Assembly: GCA_964411625.1 (NCBI GenBank)
Contig: CAYPMQ010000001.1
Location: 1-35,340, forward strand
DNA: 35,340 nucleotides
Direction: 5' to 3'
Source of the DNA: an uncultured Ignavibacteriaceae bacterium
GTDB taxonomy: Bacteria > Bacteroidota > Ignavibacteria > Ignavibacteriales > Ignavibacteriaceae
Both the position numbers and the translations under genes were made by a program. The notes under the pieces are model-generated. The model did no database searches, was not told the DNA's origin, and saw nothing but the letters and a program-made list of their open reading frames with translations. Every line of letters starts with the position of its first letter. Position 1 is the stretch's first letter. This document shows, piece after piece, positions 26,982 to 35,011 of this stretch.

Positions 26982-27189
26982 CAGTAAGTAACTTCAGTTA
27001 AAAGGGAAAAATATCAATTATTTATATCAGTAACAAAAGTAAATCATTTTTTAATTCAAAAAAACCGATTTTGGATTAAAACATTCGTTTTTGGTAAAAT
27101 GTACTATATTAATACTTCCGCATGAAATTTTGTATTTTGAAGATAGAAATTAAATTGTTTAGCAAAATCACAAACATTACACTGCCCTG

Positions 27190-28731
27190 ATGAAAAGACT
27201 TCCGCTCGGAATCCAGACTTTTTCTGAAATTATCAACGGCAATATGCTTTATGTTGATAAAACCCGGTTTATCCCCGCTATGACGGAAAGATATAAATAT
27301 GTCTTTTTATCAAGACCAAGAAGGTTTGGGAAATCACTGTTTGTATCCACACTGGCGGAATTCTTCAATGGAAATAAATCCCTGTTTAAGGGCCTGGATG
27401 TTGAAAACATCAATTCATGGGAATCTTCACCTGTAATAAGAATAGATTTTTCTACCATTCCGAACAAAACTCCGGAGATCTTTAATCAACAACTAATGAT
27501 TACTCTCCGGGAAATCGGCGCTGTTGAAAATATTGATGTAAACACGGAATTTCCTCAGCGGGGAATTGATCTTCTGGTAAAAGGTTTTTATGATAAATAT
27601 CAAAAGAGTATTGTCATTCTTGTAGATGAATATGACAAACCGATAGTTGATCATCTCGATTTAATAGATAATGCTGAGGGAAATAAAACTATTCTGAGAG
27701 ATTTTTTCACCTCGATTAAAGGACTGGATCAGTATATCAGATTTATGTTTATTACCGGGGTGAGCAAGTTTTCCAAGGTATCACTTTTTTCCGGTATGAA
27801 TCAGATAGTGGATATTTCACTCCATCGTGACTTTTCTCAAATTATGGGTTATACGGTTGATGAAATTGAAACTTGTTTTGGTGATTATATTGAATCTGTT
27901 ACCGGAGAAAAGAATCTCACAAAGCAGGAACTCGTTAACTCGTTAGCTAATTGGTATAATGGTTATTCCTGGGATGGCTCTTCTAAGGTATTTAATCCAT
28001 TCTCGGTGCTCAATTACTTTGACAAAAAAACATTTGGTAATTATTGGTTTACTACCGGAACGCCTTCACATCTTATAAAATTGCTCAGGCAAAGTAATTT
28101 TGATCTGAACACTATCGAAAATGCTGAGGCTGTTGAATCTTCTTTTAATTCAGATGATCTTTCAAGAATTTCACTTACCAGCATTCTTTTCCAGACCGGA
28201 TATCTTACGATAAAACGTCTGCAGGAATATTTCGGAGTCAATACATATGTACTCGATTACCCAAATTATGAGGTTAAAGATGCAGTTTACCGGCTGATCA
28301 CTTCAGAACTTCTGGCTGAAAACCCTGAATCACTTAATATTCAGAGCCTGAAGATGAGGGATGCACTTAAGAATGGCGACACAGAATCATTCCTACGTCT
28401 GTTAAAAGCGCTTTTCGCCCAGATCCCTTCTAATCTTTTTATGGCAGAAGAGAAGTATTATCACTCCCTTTTTATTATGATAATGTTTTTGACAGGAATC
28501 AGAAGTGATGCAGAAGTTAATACAAACCTCGGCCGGATAGATGGGATTATGGAAACAAAGGATAAAATTTACATAGTGGAATTCAAGTATGACAAAACCC
28601 CGGGTATTGCTCTTGAACAGATTCATGCTAAAAAGTACTACGAGAAATATTCAGGGAAAGGAAAGCAGATAATTTTGGTGGGTGTCAATTTCAGCCGTGA
28701 AAATATCACAATGGTTACAGAATCAGTGTAA
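27190..28731 (+). CDS. AAA-ATPase-like domain protein with a C-terminal PD-(D/E)XK nuclease-like domain
   Basis: 513 aa. The N-terminus MKRLPLGIQTFSEII...YVDKTRFI, the P-loop-like LSRPRRFGKSL and the Walker-B-like ILVDEYDKP are typical of the AAA-ATPase_like family. The C-terminal GRIDGIMETKDKIYIVEFKYDK fits a D...ExK nuclease core. Confidence 0.8.
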   Translation: MKRLPLGIQTFSEIINGNMLYVDKTRFIPAMTERYKYVFLSRPRRFGKSLFVSTLAEFFNGNKSLFKGLDVENINSWESSPVIRIDFSTIPNKTPEIFNQQLMITLREIGAVENIDVNTEFPQRGIDLLVKGFYDKYQKSIVILVDEYDKPIVDHLDLIDNAEGNKTILRDFFTSIKGLDQYIRFMFITGVSKFSKVSLFSGMNQIVDISLHRDFSQIMGYTVDEIETCFGDYIESVTGEKNLTKQELVNSLANWYNGYSWDGSSKVFNPFSVLNYFDKKTFGNYWFTTGTPSHLIKLLRQSNFDLNTIENAEAVESSFNSDDLSRISLTSILFQTGYLTIKRLQEYFGVNTYVLDYPNYEVKDAVYRLITSELLAENPESLNIQSLKMRDALKNGDTESFLRLLKALFAQIPSNLFMAEEKYYHSLFIMIMFLTGIRSDAEVNTNLGRIDGIMETKDKIYIVEFKYDKTPGIALEQIHAKKYYEKYSGKGKQIILVGVNFSRENITMVTESV

Positions 28732-30532
28732 CTTCCTGCAGCATTCTCACCGAGTTACTTAAATAGATCTTCTCCGCATTTATCAAACGCTCCCTCGTAA
28801 TCAGTTCTTCAGATATGTTATTTGCCTTTTTCAGTTTTGCCCTCATTATTCCGGGGAGAATATGAAGCTTTAAGGGTGGAGTGATCAGTTTGCTGCCTTC
28901 CTGAATGATTACATTATTGATACATCCTTCAAGCAGAAAACCTTCTTCGTTGAAAAAGAGATAATCATACAAGCCCTCTTCAACGGCCTTTGAGTACCAG
29001 CGGTTATATGTTTCTCTGTTCGTGGTTTTATACAACCTTAATTTATCATTGACCGGCAAAACTTCATCGGCAATTCTGACCTTCTTCTTACCTTTATCAG
29101 ATTCGAGTTTGGTTTCTTCCACTTTAATATCGCCGTATTTGGAGAAAGAAAATTTAAGTTTATAAGGATGGTAGGTTCTGATCATCGGGATTGAACTGAC
29201 ATGAGCAGAGAGCTCGGAATAGTTTACTTTAAATAACAGCATTTCAGCAGTACGATTCAACCGTTCCATGTGTTCTTTAAGATAGTGATATCTCCCTTTT
29301 TTTATCAGCATAGATTCAAATATAAAAAACTCTTTTCCCGGATTTGTGAGGAATGTACCCTTGAGCAGAGTTTCCTCATATTCACTCTGAGGATATGCAT
29401 CAAATACAATTCCGCTGCCAAGTCCTATCACACCTTTCCGGGAGTTTTTATCTATCTCAAACGTACGGATGGCAACATTAAACATTGCAGAGTCTTGATT
29501 GATGATCCCGATGCTCCCGCAGTATATACCTCTGTTTCTCTGCTCCTGCTCCCTGATTATCTCCATGGTTCTTATTTTGGGAGCACCTGTAATTGAACCG
29601 CATGGGAATATCGACCTGAAAATATCTGAAAGAGATTTATCTTCCTCCAGGGTTCCCGAGATCTGAGACACCATCTGATGCACTTTTTCATAAGTCTCCA
29701 CGCTGAAAAGTTCTTCAACACTTACTGACCCCGGTTTGCAGATCCTGGCGAGATCATTTCGCATCAGATCAACTATCATTACATTTTCCGCTCTCTCCTT
29801 TTCACTGTTTTTGAGCTTTTTAACAAGAGCATTATCCTGCCTGAGATCATCACCTCGTTTTGTGGTGCCCTTCATTGGCCTCACAGTAATCTTACCACCA
29901 GATTTTCTGAAGAATAACTCAGGTGAAATTGAATAAGTAAGCTTTCCCCTGTGATTTATCAGGAACACATAATCAGCCGACTGGTTATAAACGCAGGAGA
30001 GGAAAAGCTCCTCAAAATCACCCTCAAACCTGAATCCGCCCTCAACGGTATAATTTACCTGATACGTATCACCATCCTTTATATGCTCCCGAATCAGTTT
30101 TATATCCTGCACAAATTCATCCCTGCTCCTGTTGATCTGAAAGTCTTTTACCGCCGCTTTGACCGGATCAAATGAGAAATCACTCAGATCCGGAGTAACA
30201 TCCTGTACTTTGTCATAGCAGTAAAACGCTGCAGATAAGGCAGATTGTTTAACTGAATCATCCTGGAGGAAGTGTTTGAATTTCTGTTCAAATAAATATC
30301 CGGTTTCATAGGGCAGATAAGCCAACAGATACTCCCCTTGTTTGACAGCGTTTTCTGCATCGGCAAAGAACTTTTCATAGCTGTTGTAATCACCAAGTCT
30401 GATTACCCGCTTGCAGTTCCGGTATAATTTTACAGATTCCGTTTTGAGAAGCGAAGGAGAGATAACAAGCGCTGAGTTATCCTCAGCCAGAATTATTTCA
30501 GTCAGTTTTCTTAGTGTCAGTTTTTGTTGCAT
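28715..30532 (-). CDS. pabB: Bifunctional aminodeoxychorismate synthase component I / aminodeoxychorismate lyase (PabB-PabC fusion)
   Basis: 605 aa. The chorismate-binding domain shows FPCGSITGAPKIRTMEII and IRPMKGTTKR-like motifs. A ~200-aa C-terminal class-IV aminotransferase-like domain follows (YKTTNRETY, EGCINNVI, LPGIMR). Confidence 0.85.
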   Translation of the reverse strand: MQQKLTLRKLTEIILAEDNSALVISPSLLKTESVKLYRNCKRVIRLGDYNSYEKFFADAENAVKQGEYLLAYLPYETGYLFEQKFKHFLQDDSVKQSALSAAFYCYDKVQDVTPDLSDFSFDPVKAAVKDFQINRSRDEFVQDIKLIREHIKDGDTYQVNYTVEGGFRFEGDFEELFLSCVYNQSADYVFLINHRGKLTYSISPELFFRKSGGKITVRPMKGTTKRGDDLRQDNALVKKLKNSEKERAENVMIVDLMRNDLARICKPGSVSVEELFSVETYEKVHQMVSQISGTLEEDKSLSDIFRSIFPCGSITGAPKIRTMEIIREQEQRNRGIYCGSIGIINQDSAMFNVAIRTFEIDKNSRKGVIGLGSGIVFDAYPQSEYEETLLKGTFLTNPGKEFFIFESMLIKKGRYHYLKEHMERLNRTAEMLLFKVNYSELSAHVSSIPMIRTYHPYKLKFSFSKYGDIKVEETKLESDKGKKKVRIADEVLPVNDKLRLYKTTNRETYNRWYSKAVEEGLYDYLFFNEEGFLLEGCINNVIIQEGSKLITPPLKLHILPGIMRAKLKKANNISEELITRERLINAEKIYLSNSVRMLQEVTLIL

Positions 30533-30543
30533 CTGAAATAAAA

Positions 30544-30621
30544 TTGAACTTAAACTTTGGAATGAAGAACTGATGATTTCAGGGAATCACATTTGCAGCC
30601 GCGAACTAAGTTTAAGTTCAA
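30544..30621 (-). promoter_or_regulatory. 14-bp perfect inverted repeat enclosing 50 nt in the pabB-pabC 5' leader
   Basis: TTGAACTTAAACTT (30544-30557) and AAGTTTAAGTTCAA (30608-30621) are exact reverse complements. The proximal arm ends 12 nt upstream of the start codon at 30532. Confidence 0.4.
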
Positions 30622-30755
30622 ATATCACTGCAGGATTGTAAATATTTTTCTTCATCTTTTTCTTTCCCGTTTAGCCTCTTGCGGCTTTTTCAAAGAGGCT
30701 ATAGCCGGGGCATCCGGGAGCATCTTATCCGTCGGTTAATACCGATGGCAACAGA

Positions 30756-30939
30756 TCATCATGAGTCTGAATTCATCAATCATAACTATTTCAAAATCTA
30801 TAGCCCCGATAAAACCGTGTCTTAACCCCATGCCTGAATTTCACCTTCTCAAAAAGTATTATATGGCTAAAGCCAAACTATCCGAGAGCAACCTGCAGCT
30901 TATAGTCATCATAACTCTGAACTCATAAATCATAACTAT
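30756..30939. repeat. Two 34-bp imperfect direct repeats spaced 150 bp apart
   Basis: Copy 1 (30756-30789) is TCATCATGAGTCTGAATTCATCAATCATAACTAT. Copy 2 (30906-30939) is TCATCATAACTCTGAACTCATAAATCATAACTAT. They share 30 of 34 positions. GGCT(A/T)TAGCC-type palindromes recur between the copies. Confidence 0.6.
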
Positions 30940-31439
30940 CACTCTGCCAGCCTTTGAAGAGCCTCCCCCTCCACTCTGAAAATGGTCCATTCATCCATAG
31001 GTACAGCTCCAAGCGATTTATAAAAATTAATAGCGGGAGTATTCCAGTCAAGAACTGCCCATTCAAACCTGCCGCAACCCTCACTCACTGCCAATGATGC
31101 GAGATATTTCAGGATGGTTTTACCAAACCCTTTCCCTCTGTATTCCGGATCAATGTAGAGATCCTCAAGATAAAGACCTTTTCTGCACTTAAATGAAGAG
31201 AAATTATAAAACCAGATTGTGAATCCGATGTCTTTACCCTCGTAAAATGCTATATAACCTCTTACATTTGTTCCCTCAGAGAGAAATACTTTATGTACAA
31301 GTTCTTCATTCATTTCTACTATATCAAGCAGCTTTTCATACCCGGCGAGTTTCTTTACCTGAGTTATGAATGTAAGAGTATTATCCCCAGTAACCGGTAC
31401 GAGGGATAATCCGTTTTCAAATACAATTGTCTCAGACAA
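30939..31439 (-). CDS. GNAT family N-acetyltransferase, diamine (spermidine/spermine) acetyltransferase-like
   Basis: Motifs match the SSAT-like GNAT pattern: LYLEDLYIDPEYRGKGFGKTILKYLASLA, RFEWAVLDWNTPAINFYKSLGA, MDEWTIFRVEG. The longest ORF extends to 31502 but would overlap the upstream MFS gene by 62 nt. I prefer the TTG at 31439-31437 (LSETIVFENG...), which is 1 nt past that gene's stop. The start remains uncertain. Confidence 0.8.
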   Translation of the reverse strand: MSETIVFENGLSLVPVTGDNTLTFITQVKKLAGYEKLLDIVEMNEELVHKVFLSEGTNVRGYIAFYEGKDIGFTIWFYNFSSFKCRKGLYLEDLYIDPEYRGKGFGKTILKYLASLAVSEGCGRFEWAVLDWNTPAINFYKSLGAVPMDEWTIFRVEGEALQRLAE

Positions 31440-31440
31440 A

Positions 31441-32775
31441 TCAGTGTCCTCCGCCTGAGGGCATTGCTGATTTAGAGCCTGAACGCTTGCTCTCCTGTAC
31501 AATCAGCCAGAGAACGGAGGATATTGCGAGTGAAACTCCTGAGATTATAAAAATAATATTCTTATCAGTCATATTAAGAACGATAGTTCCTACAAATAAT
31601 GATACCGCAAGCTGGGGCAAAACAACAGAAAGATTAAAGATACCCATGAATAATCCCATTTTGCCTTTGGCTACTTTTTCAGACATGATGGCAAATGGCA
31701 GACTTACAATCGCACCCCAGCCGATACCGCATATTGCAATCAGGATATAGAGCATGGCAGGAGAAGTTGCCAAAAATGCAATACCAAGATATCCGGCAGC
31801 CATAAGTGCGAGAGCCAGCACATGAGTTTTAACCCTTCCGAGTTTCTCGGAGATCGGCTCAAGCACAAAAGCAGGCACAATAAAGCCAACAATGTTCAGG
31901 ATCATGAACGTATAGGAGATGTTATCGCCAACTGATTTCTGTATTGCTTCAGTTGCTTTGTTCACAGCATTGGCTGCGTTCGAAAAGTCAAATCCCGGAT
32001 AAAATTTCTGCTGAATAAAAGCAATGATATAAACGAACATTGTCTGCACGCCGATCCACGAAAATGCATGGGCGAGGTAAATTTTAAGGAGTTCAACTGT
32101 TTCTGTTTTTCCTTTAACAGGCTCATCTTTTGTTTTATCCTTTGATTTGGAAACAACTTCAATATCTTTGCTTTCTGTTATAAAAAAGAGGGGAAGAATC
32201 GAGAAGAGAAGTACAATAACTGCCCCGGCATATATCAGAACGTAGTTTCCGAATATCACCCCCATGAAGTAAGCCATTACACCAAAGAAACCGGAAATGG
32301 TCTGCATCCATGTGTATCCTTTGGTTCTCTGATCACCTTCAGGAGTAACATCTGCAATGATGGATCTTGTCGGGTTGAAGCTGACATTAATGGCCAGATC
32401 GAGCGTGAGCGCAACAATTGTGGCGACAACAATGATACTGGTCAGCCCCAAGAAACTGCTTATCTTATCTATATTGGGGAGTGCAACAAGCATGAGAGCA
32501 GCTAAAACACCACCAATAATGATAAAAGGCCGCCTTCTTCCGCCCCAGAACCAGACTTTATCACTGATCAGACCTATGGTAACCTGTCCTATAATTCCTG
32601 CCAGAGGTCCCGCTGCCCAGACAAATCCTATTTCATGTATATCGAGTTTATATTGTGTGTTAAGAATCCAGCTCAAAGCGGCTATCTGTATCGAAAGCGC
32701 AAAACCCATTGCCGTGGCCGGTAAAGCCAGTACGGCATAAAAGGTGTTCGTCAACTTCTTCTGCATCTCAATCAT
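31441..32775 (-). CDS. MFS transporter, GPH/SLC45-like glycoside:cation symporter
   Basis: 444 aa with ~12 predicted hydrophobic helices. It has the loop motif GLISDKVWFWGGRRRPFII and a central charged loop. It is paralogous to the divergent neighbour. Confidence 0.8.
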   Translation of the reverse strand: MIEMQKKLTNTFYAVLALPATAMGFALSIQIAALSWILNTQYKLDIHEIGFVWAAGPLAGIIGQVTIGLISDKVWFWGGRRRPFIIIGGVLAALMLVALPNIDKISSFLGLTSIIVVATIVALTLDLAINVSFNPTRSIIADVTPEGDQRTKGYTWMQTISGFFGVMAYFMGVIFGNYVLIYAGAVIVLLFSILPLFFITESKDIEVVSKSKDKTKDEPVKGKTETVELLKIYLAHAFSWIGVQTMFVYIIAFIQQKFYPGFDFSNAANAVNKATEAIQKSVGDNISYTFMILNIVGFIVPAFVLEPISEKLGRVKTHVLALALMAAGYLGIAFLATSPAMLYILIAICGIGWGAIVSLPFAIMSEKVAKGKMGLFMGIFNLSVVLPQLAVSLFVGTIVLNMTDKNIIFIISGVSLAISSVLWLIVQESKRSGSKSAMPSGGGH

Positions 32776-32887
32776 TCGGTACTCCGTAACTGTTTAAGTA
32801 TATTTAGAAACTAACTTTTACATATATTAAAATACGAAAAATTGAAAATTGATTAACGGCTAAATTTACTGTTACGGAGTTATTTCT

Positions 32888-34213
32888 ATGAGCGGGAACA
32901 CCACCCCGAAGCCCAGGCTTAGTTTCTGGCAGATATGGAATATGAGTTTTGGATTCCTCGGAATTCAGTTTGGATTTGCACTGCAGAATGCCAACGTCAG
33001 CAGAATTTTTGAAACACTTGGCGCCAGTATAGACAGCATCCCAATCCTCTGGATTGCGGCACCCACAACGGGTTTGCTTGTTCAGCCGCTTGTAGGATAT
33101 TTCAGCGACAGAACCTGGGGAAAACTGGGCAGAAGACGACCTTACTTTCTTATCGGTGCAATACTCTCCTCACTTGCACTGATTATTATGCCCAACTCTC
33201 CCGTTTTATGGATTGCGGCAGGTACACTCTGGCTAATGGATGCTTCTATTAACATTACAATGGAGCCCTTCAGGGCACTCGTGGCAGATCTGCTCCCATC
33301 CGAACAGCGCACGGTCGGGTTTGCAGTTCAGAGTTTTTTCATCGGTACCGGCGCGGTTGTTGCCTCAGCACTCCCTTATATATTTACTAACTGGTTTGGG
33401 ATCAGCAACAGTGCACCTGCCGGATATATACCTGACTCCGTGATATATTCTTTTTATGTCGGCGCATTCGCATTTCTCTCGGCCGTTCTCTGGACAATTT
33501 TCAGGACAAAGGAATATCCCCCTGAAAATATGGAGGAGTTCAAAAAAGAGAAATCAGATGTCTCTCCCGGCCCTCTGATAAAAGAAATTTTCACTTCAAT
33601 TATAACAATGCCCAAAACCATGAAGCAGCTTGCTGTAGTACAGTTTTTCAGCTGGTTCGCACTTTTTGCTATGTGGATATATTCCACCTCCGCCGTGACT
33701 TCCCATATTTACGGAGTAACACAAACATCAAATTCTGATCTCTACAATGATGGTGCCAACTGGGTAGGGGTGCTGTTTGCCGCATACAACGGATTTGCAG
33801 CGGTAGTGGCATTCTTGTTGCCGCCTCTTGCCAGAAAGACATCACGAAAAACGGTGCACATGATCTCGCTTGTAATCGGCGGTGTCTCACTGATCTCATT
33901 TTACCTCTTCAAAGATCCGAATATGCTGCTGCTGCCCATGGTTGGAGTTGGTCTTGCGTGGGCGTCCATTCTTGCAATGCCTTATGCAATTCTTGCCGGG
34001 GCATTACCGCAGAATAAAATGGGGTTCTATATGGGGGTTTTTAACTTTTTTATAGTGCTCCCCCAGATCCTGGCCGCCGGAATTCTTGGACTTATAACCC
34101 ATCATCTTTTCGGAAATCATTCAATTTATACTATTATGCTCGGCGGTGCATCAATGATTTTTGCCGGGGTTCTTGTGATGTTTGTGAATGATGTTGACGA
34201 GGTGAACAGGTAG
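32888..34213 (+). CDS. MFS transporter, SLC45/sucrose-type symporter family
   Basis: 441 aa. Family-typical LSFWQIWNMSFGFLGIQFGFALQNANVSRIF and GYFSDRTWGKLGRRRPYFL, with 12 hydrophobic segments. Confidence 0.85.
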   Translation: MSGNTTPKPRLSFWQIWNMSFGFLGIQFGFALQNANVSRIFETLGASIDSIPILWIAAPTTGLLVQPLVGYFSDRTWGKLGRRRPYFLIGAILSSLALIIMPNSPVLWIAAGTLWLMDASINITMEPFRALVADLLPSEQRTVGFAVQSFFIGTGAVVASALPYIFTNWFGISNSAPAGYIPDSVIYSFYVGAFAFLSAVLWTIFRTKEYPPENMEEFKKEKSDVSPGPLIKEIFTSIITMPKTMKQLAVVQFFSWFALFAMWIYSTSAVTSHIYGVTQTSNSDLYNDGANWVGVLFAAYNGFAAVVAFLLPPLARKTSRKTVHMISLVIGGVSLISFYLFKDPNMLLLPMVGVGLAWASILAMPYAILAGALPQNKMGFYMGVFNFFIVLPQILAAGILGLITHHLFGNHSIYTIMLGGASMIFAGVLVMFVNDVDEVNR

Positions 34214-34256
34214 ATAGTCGTTCTTTATGCCGTGATTTTTAGTGGTGTAATTCTGA

Positions 34257-34396
34257 TGCAGAGTTACTCTGAAAACAATTGACAACATCTTGTAACGCCG
34301 TCCCGATTTTCGGGATCGGTCTGTTAAGATGCTTAAACCTGTCGGCAGCTGCATTGACTGATTAACTGCTGAGTTACTTTAAAACAATTGACAACA
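34257..34396. repeat. ~31-bp direct repeat pair spaced 110 bp apart, flanking an imperfect hairpin
   Basis: The copies are TGCAGAGTTACTCTGAAAACAATTGACAACA (34257-34287) and TGCTGAGTTACTTTAAAACAATTGACAACA (34367-34396), with 2 mismatches and 1 indel. Hairpin TCCCGA-TTT-TCGGGA lies at 34301-34315. Confidence 0.6.
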
Positions 34397-34973
34397 ACAT
34401 TGAACATTGAACTTCGAACTATTCAAAAATTACTTAACTGGTGGATTCATTTTATAAGGGAGGTACAGGCCGTGAGTATGAACTGGACTGGTTCCTCTCA
34501 TTTGAAATTTTCAGACAGGAGCTTCAAAGAAAAGCTTAAGATGATGGCCTAAAAAAAGCGTTTATTGTTTACACAGTATTGTTAAAGCCAGTTTAATCCT
34601 TAAACTGATAATATATATATTTTATCTTCAGATTATCAGATTTGAATAAGACTAAAAGCTGAATCCCGATTTTTAAGGTCAATAATTACAGATCTGATGG
34701 TTGCAGAGTGTATACCCCTGATGGTTGAGATCCTCAAAATTGAAATAAAATAGTACAGGAAGCTCATTTATCCGGGTTGTTTTATCATTTCAACAAAAGC
34801 TGAATTTTCACTGCTATCGTGGGCACTAAACCCTATGTTGACTTCTTATAGGGAAATCTCTCAGCCCCGGAAAAACTCCCTGCCTGGTGCAGAATTCGTA
34901 ATGCAAATTCTGACAGAGGCAATTCTTAAAAGGTCTTAAGTGTTCCTTATGTCAATATATATCAGGACAAGAC

Positions 34974-35008
34974 ACGAAGAACCGAGAACGAAGAACCAAG
35001 AACGAACC
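34974..35008. repeat. 14-bp tandem repeat, 2.5 copies
   Basis: ACGAAGAACCGAGA / ACGAAGAACCAAGA / ACGAACC. It ends 3 nt from the stop codon of the FGE-domain gene. Confidence 0.6.
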
Positions 35009-35011
35009 TCC

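Noticed and set aside
30729-30748. The hairpin CCGTCGG-TTAATA-CCGATGG resembles a tRNA T-arm, which might indicate a tRNA or tRNA fragment.
   Set aside because: The loop is 6 nt rather than the 7-nt TTCRANY type, and no acceptor, D or anticodon arms can be drawn from the flanks.
34151-34354. A 67-aa minus-strand ORF overlaps the end of the MFS gene and the first intergenic repeat.
   Set aside because: It overlaps the 3' end of a confident transporter gene, has no RBS, and its sequence is basic and low-complexity. The region is better explained as non-coding repeat and hairpin DNA.
34278-34392. The TTGACA hexamers inside both 31-bp repeats might be sigma-70 -35 boxes.
   Set aside because: No TATAAT-like -10 element lies 16-18 bp downstream of either copy (CCCGAT and ACTTCG instead). 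FCB-group housekeeping promoters generally use a different consensus, and no downstream gene is available to be driven.
34257-34396. The direct repeats in the large intergenic region might be a small CRISPR array.
   Set aside because: There are only two imperfect copies (2 mismatches plus an indel) and the spacing of 110 bp is too long. There is no repeat periodicity beyond that and no cas genes in the window.
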